From Phycisphaerae bacterium (GTDB taxonomy: Bacteria > Planctomycetota > Phycisphaerae > UBA1845 > Fen-1342): a stretch of DNA of 64,000 bases. Below, piece by piece: positions 27,215 to 35,877 of the stretch (position 1 is the stretch's first letter; every line of letters starts with the position of its first letter). The notes beneath the pieces are model-generated. The model was not told the DNA's origin. It searched no databases and saw only the letters and a program-made list of their open reading frames with translations. Made by a program: the position numbers and the translations under genes. Location: positions 128,001 to 192,000 of the forward strand of contig CAXXWX010000015.1 in NCBI GenBank assembly GCA_963675745.2. Direction: 5' to 3'.

Positions 27215-29200
27215 ATGGCGCACGACAACATCTTCAAGCACGCCGAAGAGCACGCACATCACCACGATGACACTGGAGGCGTGAACCTGCGCATACTGGC
27301 CACGTTTGTCGGCGGCATGCTCGTAATCGTCGCCGTCGTGGCCCAATACCTTTACCAGGATACGCCCGAGCGCGCCGAGCTGGTGGCTTTTGTGGCGGCC
27401 GTGATCCTCGGTGCCCCATTGGTGTGGGAGGCGCTGCGCGACCTGATCCGCGGTCACGCCGAAATGAACGAGCTCGTCGCATTGGCTGTTCTCGCGGCGA
27501 TCGCCTACGGGGAGTATCTCGAGGCCGGCGTCATTGCCTTCTTCATGATTCTCGCCTCGCTGATCGAACACCGAACTGCACTGGGGGCGCGCAAGAGTAT
27601 CGAGTCACTTGTGCGCATCACGCCGACACGCGCCCAGCGCGTCGTGGACAATCAGGAAGAAGAGGTCGAAGCCAAGGATCTGCGCCCCGGCGACGTGGTG
27701 CGCGTGCGGCCCGGAGACAACATCCCCGGTGATGGTGTCGTGTTGACCGGCGCCAGCAGCGTCAACCAGGCCACTGTCACGGGCGAGTCGCTGCCCCAGG
27801 ACAAAAGCACCGGCGACGATGTGTTTGGCGGCACGATCAACCTGACCGGTGCCATGGATATCCAGATCACAAAGGCCGGCCGGGATACCACACTCGGGCA
27901 GGTGCGTGACCTGATCCTCCAGGCCGAGCAAACCAAGACCCCCGTGATGCGCTTGGCCGACCAGTACGCCCGCTGGTACACGCCGACGGTGCTGATGCTG
28001 GCCGGCGTGGTCTATTTCTTCAACAGTGATTCAAACGGGATTGACCGCGCCATCGCGATGTTGATCGTCGCGTGTCCGTGCGCAATCATCCTCTCGACGC
28101 CGACGGCGATGGTCGCGGCGCTGAGCGCGGCCGCGCGCCTGGGGCTGTTGATCAAGAAGGTCACAGACCTCGAGATCGCCCGCAACCTCTCCGCGATTGT
28201 CTTCGACAAAACCGGAACGCTGACCACCGGCAAGTTGAACGTCAGCCGCATGCGACCCGCCGAGGGTGTGGATGCGGCGGAGTTGCTGCGCAGCGCGCTG
28301 TGCGCCGAGCAGAATTCGCGGCACCCAGTCGCGCGGGCGATTGTCGAGGTCGCCGAACAGGCCCGCCTGACCGCGCCCAAGCCGACCGAGTTCGAGGAAA
28401 TCTCCGGCCGGGGTGTGATCGCCAAGCTGGGCGGTTCTGAAATCCGCGTCGGCCGCGGCAACTGGTTGGAAGACCAAGGTATTCAGATCGAGGGGGTTGA
28501 CACCTCGGGCACTGACGGGCTCAGCCTGCTGTACGTTGCCAAGGACAACCAGATCCTGGGCTGGGTCGGGCTTGAAGACAAAACACGAGTGGATGCCGCA
28601 CGCTCCATTGACGCGCTGGCCAACCTGGGCGTGCGCGAGCGGATCATGCTGACCGGCGATCGCTGGTCGGTGGCCCGCAAGGTTGCCGCGGAGATGCACT
28701 GCTCCGGTGTCAAGGCCGAGGTGCTGCCCGGCGAGAAGCTCACCGCCGTCGATCAACTGCGCGAGAAGGGCCATACGGTGGCGGTTGTCGGCGACGGAGT
28801 GAACGACGCCCCCGCACTGGCGGCCGGTGACATCTCAATCGCCATGGGCGCCGCCGGCAGCGACGTTGCCATTCACTCGGCATCAATCGCGCTGATGAAC
28901 AACAACCTCAACCGCATTCCGTTCCTGATCGATCTGTCGCGACGCTGCTTCGAGGTTATTCGCCAAAACATGGTCTTCGCGGCCGTATACGTGGTGCTCA
29001 CGCTGACGTTCTCCGCCGCCGGCTTTATCTCGCCGATTATGGCCGCGTTCCTGCACGTGGCCTCATCGATAGTGGTCGTGTTCAACTCGACACGCCTGGT
29101 GCGCGAGGGTGAAGACCTCGACCAGCAAACGTATGATGAGGAGCAGCAGCAGCGTCGCACGACGGTGCGCGTCGAGGCGGTACCGGCACCGGCTGTGTAG
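27215..29200 (+). CDS. Heavy-metal-translocating P1B-type ATPase
   Basis: His-rich N-terminus, TGES, ACPCA, DKTGT, HP, TGD, GDGVNDAP. Confidence 0.95.
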   Translation: MAHDNIFKHAEEHAHHHDDTGGVNLRILATFVGGMLVIVAVVAQYLYQDTPERAELVAFVAAVILGAPLVWEALRDLIRGHAEMNELVALAVLAAIAYGEYLEAGVIAFFMILASLIEHRTALGARKSIESLVRITPTRAQRVVDNQEEEVEAKDLRPGDVVRVRPGDNIPGDGVVLTGASSVNQATVTGESLPQDKSTGDDVFGGTINLTGAMDIQITKAGRDTTLGQVRDLILQAEQTKTPVMRLADQYARWYTPTVLMLAGVVYFFNSDSNGIDRAIAMLIVACPCAIILSTPTAMVAALSAAARLGLLIKKVTDLEIARNLSAIVFDKTGTLTTGKLNVSRMRPAEGVDAAELLRSALCAEQNSRHPVARAIVEVAEQARLTAPKPTEFEEISGRGVIAKLGGSEIRVGRGNWLEDQGIQIEGVDTSGTDGLSLLYVAKDNQILGWVGLEDKTRVDAARSIDALANLGVRERIMLTGDRWSVARKVAAEMHCSGVKAEVLPGEKLTAVDQLREKGHTVAVVGDGVNDAPALAAGDISIAMGAAGSDVAIHSASIALMNNNLNRIPFLIDLSRRCFEVIRQNMVFAAVYVVLTLTFSAAGFISPIMAAFLHVASSIVVVFNSTRLVREGEDLDQQTYDEEQQQRRTTVRVEAVPAPAV

Positions 29201-29346
29201 CCGTCGGCGACCCAACAATGCACTCCACTTAATCGCCGCGCTCCCCCGGCCATCCGGCATCAGCTTGAAACATGCGCCTGCTGACGGCACAATCTGCCCA
29301 TTGCCGCGGGTCAGGACTGACCGGGTTCACTGGGAAGGAGCCGTGC

Positions 29347-30564
29347 ATGCGCAGATTCATCATCGTCACAGTCATCACCCTGGGGGTAACTGTCGTCCCG
29401 GCGTGCAAGCAGCCACCGCCGATGGAACCCTTCCGCGCAACGGAAACAGCCAAGGACTACTCGCGTCCGCTGCCACCCGGCGCGCTCGCGCTGCGCAAGA
29501 TCGATCCGGAGGACTACCCGGATTTCTCACGCGGGTTTTATGAACGAGCCGGCATGTCCGAGGCCATCGCGCACAGCCTCGACTATCTCGGCAAACAGAG
29601 CAGCCGGCGTTATTTCCCTTACGGCGCGATATCACACAGCCGCGCGGTCGCCACGCTCGAGGCCTTTAGTGAGTTGCTTGACGCCGCCCGGTCGCCGGCC
29701 GATTTTGATGCGCAGATCCGCGCGCGGTTCGACGTCTATCAATCCGTCGGCTGCGATGATTGCGGCACGGTGTATTTCACCGGGTACTACACGCCGATCT
29801 TTGATGGTCGAGCGCAGCGCGACAGCGTTTACCGCTATCCGCTTTACCGGTTGCCGCCGGACCTGGTGAAAGACGCCGACGGCCAGATCCTCGGTCGTCG
29901 CACACCTGACAACCGGCTCACGCCCTACCCCACCCGCCGTGAGATCGAGGAACATCAGCTACTCCAGGGCCACGAAATCGCCTGGCTGAAAGACGCGTTT
30001 GAGGCTTACATCGTGTCGGTGCAGGGCTCAGCGCGGCTGCGGATGGCGGACGGGACACTTTGGGAACTGGGCTACGCGGGCAGCAACGGACGTGAATACA
30101 CATCGGTCGGCAACAAAATGGTCGAGGATGGGCTTATCGGACGTGACCAGCTCTCGCTCAACGCCATGATCGACTACTTCAGGGCACACCCAGACCAAGT
30201 CCAGCCGGCCTGCTGGGCCAACGATCGCTACATCTTCTTCCAGGAGACCAGCGGCGGGCCGTTTGGGAGCATCGGGACTCCGGTCACCGAATATCGGACG
30301 ATTGCCACCGACAAGGAGGTCTTCCCGCGCGCGTGCCTGGCGTTTGTAGATACCCGCCTCTCAAGGCTTTATGAAGGCACGCCCCAGGATCTCCCCTTTG
30401 CTTCGTTTGTACTCGATCAGGACACGGGTGGCGCCATCCGGGCGGCCGGACGCTGTGATGTGTACATGGGCGTGGGCGACCAGGCCGGCATCGTCGCCGG
30501 ACGGACCGGTGCCGAGGGCCAACTGTACTACATCTTCGTAAAGGGCCCCGACGACGTCCCATAA
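29347..30564 (+). CDS. mltA: Membrane-bound lytic murein transglycosylase A (lipoprotein)
   Basis: Lipobox VPAC, FTGYYTP, VQGSARL, YAGSNG, DQDTGGAI, DVYMG. Confidence 0.88.
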   Translation: MRRFIIVTVITLGVTVVPACKQPPPMEPFRATETAKDYSRPLPPGALALRKIDPEDYPDFSRGFYERAGMSEAIAHSLDYLGKQSSRRYFPYGAISHSRAVATLEAFSELLDAARSPADFDAQIRARFDVYQSVGCDDCGTVYFTGYYTPIFDGRAQRDSVYRYPLYRLPPDLVKDADGQILGRRTPDNRLTPYPTRREIEEHQLLQGHEIAWLKDAFEAYIVSVQGSARLRMADGTLWELGYAGSNGREYTSVGNKMVEDGLIGRDQLSLNAMIDYFRAHPDQVQPACWANDRYIFFQETSGGPFGSIGTPVTEYRTIATDKEVFPRACLAFVDTRLSRLYEGTPQDLPFASFVLDQDTGGAIRAAGRCDVYMGVGDQAGIVAGRTGAEGQLYYIFVKGPDDVP

Positions 30565-30805
30565 CACAGACCCGGCGCCGTAATCCATGGACCCCAGCGC
30601 CTGACAGCAGCGTTTTGGGACCAGCGGGCGGCGAATGAGCGTATAATAAGCGTAGTAGACAACCAGACGTAGCGTGACGGCAACCAACAGGCCCACGGAT
30701 CGCTCCGCAATCATACGTGTGGTCATACGTTCATCCCCCTGTTTGTAGAGGCTGAGCGGCCTCGTGGTGGCTGGGCAGTATGCGTGTGTGCCTCGAAAGG
30801 TGTGC

Positions 30806-32500
30806 ATGTACACGTACGAATCACGTGACTTCGACGATTTGGCCGAGCAGTTGAGGCGCGGTCCTCGGCGGCTGAGGTTGCGCCAACTCGCCGCTATCGA
30901 CTTTCTGCTGTCCGTCGCCGAGAGCGATAAGTCGTATCCGTTTGACTTTGTGCGCCACGCACTGACGGGTTATCGCCGTCCGGCGATTGAGAAATCCGAT
31001 GAAGATCTGATCTCGTCCGACGGCGCCGCTCTGCGGCGCGATCTGGTGACGCTCGCCGAGGATCTGAGCGAGAACGCCGCCGTCCCGCTCGCCACCTGGC
31101 CAGACCGGTTGTACTCCGTTGCCCAGCTTGCCGAGCGTTTCGGCGTCAGCACCAAGACGATTTTCCGCTGGCGGCGGCGCGGCCTGGTCGGCTGGAAGTT
31201 TCGTTGTGAAGACCGCCGCATTCGGCTGGCCTTTCCCGAACACTGCATCAGGCGCTTCGTCGCCGAGAACGTTGATCTAGTCAATCGCGGCAGCAGCTTC
31301 TCGCAACTCACCAAGACCGAGCGCGCCGAGATCGTCAACCGCGCTCAAGCGTTGGTCGAGGACGACGAGCGAACGATCAATGCCGTGTCCAAGGTTCTGG
31401 CGGCGGAGACGGGCCGCGCCGTCGAGACGATTCGGCTGATCCTCAAGCACTTCGACGAATCACACCCCAAGGAAGGGCTGTTTAACCGCTCGGCGCTGGC
31501 ACTGGCGGTCGATGACCACCGGTTGGCGCTGTGGGAGGCCTACGTCGATGGCGCGAGTGTGGAGACGCTCGCCAAGCGGTTCGACAAGCCGGTGCGCAGC
31601 GTCTACGAAGTCATCACCGAGATGCGGGCGCGCGACCTCAAGACGCACAAGATCGAGTTCGTACCGAGTGAGGAATTCGAGCTGGAGGGCATTGAGGACG
31701 AGATCAACGAGGACGCCGCTGTCGTGGCGCCTTACGACGAGAGTTCGCGAACAAGCCGGCGCATCCCGGCGAATCTGCCACCCTACCTGCAACATCTCTT
31801 CCGCCTGCCGCTGTTGAACAAGGCTGGTGAGCAGGCCCTGTTCCGCAAGATGAACTTCCTGAAGTTCAAGGCCGACAAGCTGCGGCACGAGCTGGAGCCC
31901 GAGACATGTACCGCCGCGGAGCTGGATGCGACCGAGGCATTGCTGGAGCAGGCTAATCGGATCAAGAACCAGATCGTGCGCGCGAATCTGCGTCTGGTGG
32001 TCAGCATCGCCAAGCGCCACGCCTCGCCGCAACTCGAGTTCTTTGAGATAGTCAGCGACGGGAACATCTCGCTGATGCGCGCGGTGGAGAAGTTCGACTA
32101 TTCACGCGGGTTCAAGTTCAGCACGTACGCGTCGTGGGCGATCATGAAGAACTACGCCCGCACCATGCCGAACCACCGCAAGCACTCCGATCGCTACCAG
32201 ACGGGGCGCGAGGAGCTGCTGGAGATCGTCGCCAGTCCGGATCTGGACGATGTCGAGGATGACCGCATTCCCGCACTGCGCGCCACGGTGGAAGACATGC
32301 TCAGCACGCTCGACGAGCGCGAGCGGAAGATCCTGCGGCAACGTTTCGGCCTGGATGGCGACGAGGGGCCGCAAACCCTCGAGCAGATCGGCAAGCGCTT
32401 CGGCGTATCAAAGGAACGCATCAGGCAGTTGGAAGCACGGGCAATGAGCAAGCTGCGCGGCGATTTCCAACAAGCCATCAGCAAGCTGCTGGCGGGGTAA
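30806..32500 (+). CDS. Sigma-70-family factor with a long N-terminal HTH-containing extension
   Basis: Region 1.2-like YLQHLFRLPLL; region 2 NLRLVVSIAK and FDYSRGFKFSTYASWAI; region 4 TLEQIGKRFGVSKERIRQLE; N-terminal LAERFGVSTKTIFRW. Confidence 0.9.
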   Translation: MYTYESRDFDDLAEQLRRGPRRLRLRQLAAIDFLLSVAESDKSYPFDFVRHALTGYRRPAIEKSDEDLISSDGAALRRDLVTLAEDLSENAAVPLATWPDRLYSVAQLAERFGVSTKTIFRWRRRGLVGWKFRCEDRRIRLAFPEHCIRRFVAENVDLVNRGSSFSQLTKTERAEIVNRAQALVEDDERTINAVSKVLAAETGRAVETIRLILKHFDESHPKEGLFNRSALALAVDDHRLALWEAYVDGASVETLAKRFDKPVRSVYEVITEMRARDLKTHKIEFVPSEEFELEGIEDEINEDAAVVAPYDESSRTSRRIPANLPPYLQHLFRLPLLNKAGEQALFRKMNFLKFKADKLRHELEPETCTAAELDATEALLEQANRIKNQIVRANLRLVVSIAKRHASPQLEFFEIVSDGNISLMRAVEKFDYSRGFKFSTYASWAIMKNYARTMPNHRKHSDRYQTGREELLEIVASPDLDDVEDDRIPALRATVEDMLSTLDERERKILRQRFGLDGDEGPQTLEQIGKRFGVSKERIRQLEARAMSKLRGDFQQAISKLLAG

Positions 32501-32919
32501 CATCGCAAGCCACTGATGAGGGGGTGGCGGCTCGGCACGTGAGCCAAGGCGCGCCCGCGCCGTTCAGCCCATTGAATCCCCTTATGCCGTTGCACCCTTG
32601 GAGAAGCCCGAACGTGGGCGAGAGTGAGCGCAAGCATCGCACGCACCGTTGATGGTCCGAATGGGGAATGCCCGCTGAGTTTTCTTGTGCTACGAGTCTT
32701 TCACGCGCGAACGGGCTCAAAGGGGTTAGAATGCGGGTGTGCCTTGGCGATCACGTACGCGCCGAGCATCTAAACGCGTTGTTCGCGCCCTGGCCACTGC
32801 CAGTTACGTGGCTACAACCGAACTGGAAGCGTCCGTGCGACGTTCCCAGTATGTGACAGGCCTGGTAAGGCCGCATCCGGCGTAGAAAAACGCACTCGCA
32901 CGGGACGGACTAGCCAGCA

Positions 32920-34179
32920 ATGACTGGTGAGCAAGAAACACAGCCCGTCGGAAAACAGAGTACGTCAGGTCACGTCTACCTCTCGACAACCGGATTCTAT
33001 CTGCTTGCCGCGGCCATTCACTTCGTTCTCATCGCAGTCTCGCAAATGCCGGGAGTCCACGTCGCGTTTCTCCGGTTGGGGTGGAGACTCGGGCCGTGGC
33101 GTTCATTTCCGTTCCCGTATGACTTTTCCAACGACGTCTCACAACCGTTCTTCCCAGAGTCAATGGCGGTTGCTGCACTTGTCGTGACGATGGTGTTGGG
33201 CCTGGCCTGTGTCGTGGCTGCTTTGCATAGCCTGACGTTCGCCGTCGTCGTTGGCACCCACGCCTGGTTCGGCTGGCCGGAGTACTGGAAGGATGTGCGG
33301 TCTCGGATCAGTCTTGGGGCAATCTGGGCCACGAGTGCACGACGCGGGTGGTGGGCGTGGCCAGTCGGCCAGTTCGTGTGGCTGTTGCTGGACCAAATCG
33401 GCTGGGGCTATCGTTACGCTTGTTACCCCATCATCAACAATGGCCCGCCGCAGCATGCTGCGAACATTGTCGCCGTCGGTCTTGTGTTCGGCGCGGTGGC
33501 CGCGCGTGTACTTAGAAGTTCTGTCCGGAAGGCGGTTGGGCCTGACGACCTCCGATGCGGCCGATGCGGTTATCTCCTGCGGGGCCTTGAGACTCCGCGT
33601 TGCCCAGAATGCGGATACGAGAGCAACTGTGCCGGCAAGCCAGAATACAGACTCCGCTGGCAGCCGCTCGGCAGATCGCGAGCGATTCGCAATCTCGTTT
33701 CGGCCGTGTTCGTTGCGGCGTTGCTGCTTGCTCCCGTCTGGCTGCCCCTTGGGCTCATGCGGCTGCCGCGAAATTGGCTGCGATATGTTCCCGCGGCGAT
33801 TTGTCCGCCCTGGCAGGTCCTCAACCACAACCCGAACATGTACCCCATTTCCTTGGATGCTGTTTGCTTTATTCGGCACAATGGATCAATCGCACTGATC
33901 AGGTTTGAACGGGAGACACACTTCCGCGCGGCATATACGGTGTCCTATTGGTCCAGCGATGGTGGTTTTCGGCGGCATGACCCACCCGACTCCACGCGCA
34001 TGGGGTACGTAGATGACCTTTGTGGCCCCAGAATGAGGGTCGGACCGTGGACCTTCGGTTGTGGCGCGGGAGGGAGAACGATGTTCTGGTTAATGCTGCC
34101 TGACGAGACATTCCAGGTCGAGGTCTTCACACTCGATGGTTTGCCAAGTGAACTGCGATGGGCCGTCGAAGTGCCATGA
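32920..34179 (+). CDS. Hypothetical membrane protein with a cytoplasmic zinc ribbon
   Basis: Several hydrophobic segments; CGRCGYLLRGLETPRCPECG. Confidence 0.7.
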   Translation: MTGEQETQPVGKQSTSGHVYLSTTGFYLLAAAIHFVLIAVSQMPGVHVAFLRLGWRLGPWRSFPFPYDFSNDVSQPFFPESMAVAALVVTMVLGLACVVAALHSLTFAVVVGTHAWFGWPEYWKDVRSRISLGAIWATSARRGWWAWPVGQFVWLLLDQIGWGYRYACYPIINNGPPQHAANIVAVGLVFGAVAARVLRSSVRKAVGPDDLRCGRCGYLLRGLETPRCPECGYESNCAGKPEYRLRWQPLGRSRAIRNLVSAVFVAALLLAPVWLPLGLMRLPRNWLRYVPAAICPPWQVLNHNPNMYPISLDAVCFIRHNGSIALIRFERETHFRAAYTVSYWSSDGGFRRHDPPDSTRMGYVDDLCGPRMRVGPWTFGCGAGGRTMFWLMLPDETFQVEVFTLDGLPSELRWAVEVP

Positions 34180-34439
34180 CACCGGGCCAGCGTCGGACCG
34201 TACGACTGACCCTCCATTGACGCCAAGCCCAGCACCAACGCACTTTCTCGCCCAGGACCTAACCCGCGGCGAGAGTCTCGGGAGCGCGGCGGCCACTGGG
34301 GCGTGACGCCTCTTGCGGGTGGACGATATGTGAGTTGACGCGTCGGGCCAACTGTTCGATTTTAGGGGGCTTCCAACGGCGTGGCGCGAAGCCGGCTGAC
34401 GCCCGGCTCTGAAAGACGGTGTGGGGGCTGCAAACGGCA

Positions 34440-34485
34440 CCACCAGTTGAAACTGGTGGCAAGGACCGGTCGGCTGAAGCCGACC
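34440..34485. repeat. Tandem pair of short palindromes (REP-like)
   Basis: ccaccagtt-ga-aactggtgg and ggtcggct-ga-agccgacc, separated by 8 bp. Confidence 0.65.
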
Positions 34486-34685
34486 AACGCCGGCTCCCAT
34501 CGACACACTCGGCGCTGTTCGAGTATGGAATGCACTCCAAGGGGCTCGGCCTCAATGTTTCCCGCCGGCGGTGTCACGCACCCACCGCCGCGCGTCGACG
34601 CCGATTTGCGTTGACAACTTCGGGGTCGCGGGATATCAGTGGCCGCGTGGGGTTGGTGGATATGGGCTTTAGCGGAGGACTCGCG

Positions 34686-35777
34686 ATGAAACGGATGCTG
34701 CTGGCGGCTGTCGTTCTGTCTTTCCTGGTGCCTGTCACGGCCAGCGCTCAGCTCGGCAGGCTCCAACACGAAGCCAAGAAGGCCTTGAAGGAGTCGATCA
34801 AGGGCGACAATGACAAAGACAGCGGCGATCAGGCGACGACCGAAGATGCCGGCAAGAAGCCAGGTGAACCCGGAGCAACAAGCTCCCGGCCACCCGCACG
34901 CAAAGACAAAGACCGCAAATACGCCCCCGGGCTTTCGTACTCGTCGGTTCTGAATGGTGTGATTGTCTTCCCCAAGGACGGCCGGTTCCGGCTGCATCAG
35001 ATCCAGGCGACGTTTATTCCGGAAGGATGCAAAGGTGGATTTGCGGTCCTGCGCACCGCCGACGGCAAAGAGCTGTACCAGATGGACTGGACGCCGGACC
35101 ATCTCCAGAAGCCCTACACGTTGTTGAATTTCACCAAACAGACCGATCTGCGCAACGGCGAGACCGTACCCAGCGGGTGGTTTGACCACACCGACCCGGG
35201 GGACTACGTGGTGGACTTCTACCTCCCGGACGAGCACGTCTACTCGTTCCCCTTCAGCGTGGCCGTAATCGGCGGCGATGACCCGTTTGCCGAAGGCAAG
35301 TGCTACGTATCCAGCGGCGACTGGCGCGACTGGGGCTATCTCTACTATCGCGAGGCCGACGCCGATCAGAATCTCCAGTGGAAGGCCTGGCTGCGAAACG
35401 ACGCCTGCAAAGAGCAGGACATCAAGGTGCGTGTCGAGATCAAGCGTGACGAGGACGGCGAGCTGGTCTGCACGAATCGCGTGAACACGACGTACTCGGT
35501 TCAGCCCAAGTGGACGCGGTTGGAATTCGACATGGTCTTCCCCGAGGGCAAGGAGGTACCCCACGGCACCTATTTCAAGGCCAAACATCTGCTGGCCAAG
35601 GACGGTGCCCACACGCTGACCATGACGATTGACGACAAGCCGTACGGCACGTGGAAGTTCACCATCAAGGACGGGAAGCTCCAATACGCCGGCCGCACGC
35701 TGCGAGCCGAGGCCGACCCGCTGACCTTCATCGAGGGTGGCCGCGACGCCTGGTGGTACGAACGCGTGAAGGAATAG
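34686..35777 (+). CDS. Hypothetical secreted protein with two beta-sandwich-like repeats
   Basis: GGAGG RBS, signal peptide ending TASA-Q; GDYVVDFY...YSFPFSV and GAHTLTMT...GTWKFTI. Confidence 0.75.
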   Translation: MKRMLLAAVVLSFLVPVTASAQLGRLQHEAKKALKESIKGDNDKDSGDQATTEDAGKKPGEPGATSSRPPARKDKDRKYAPGLSYSSVLNGVIVFPKDGRFRLHQIQATFIPEGCKGGFAVLRTADGKELYQMDWTPDHLQKPYTLLNFTKQTDLRNGETVPSGWFDHTDPGDYVVDFYLPDEHVYSFPFSVAVIGGDDPFAEGKCYVSSGDWRDWGYLYYREADADQNLQWKAWLRNDACKEQDIKVRVEIKRDEDGELVCTNRVNTTYSVQPKWTRLEFDMVFPEGKEVPHGTYFKAKHLLAKDGAHTLTMTIDDKPYGTWKFTIKDGKLQYAGRTLRAEADPLTFIEGGRDAWWYERVKE

Positions 35778-35877
35778 GTTCGCCGGGTGGAGGCTGTTCT
35801 CGGGCGGCCTGCTCGCGATCCCGTAGGAGCGATGCGATCCCCGCCGCTCGTAGTCAAAGCGGTGGGCTACGGCCAGG

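Noticed and set aside
29347..30564. Peptidoglycan enzyme in a planctomycete as a novelty
   Set aside because: Peptidoglycan in Planctomycetota is established, so mltA is unremarkable.
32858..32881. Resemblance to an enterobacterial REP (aggcctggtaaggccgcatccggc)
   Set aside because: Single, internally deleted match in GC-rich DNA; likely chance.
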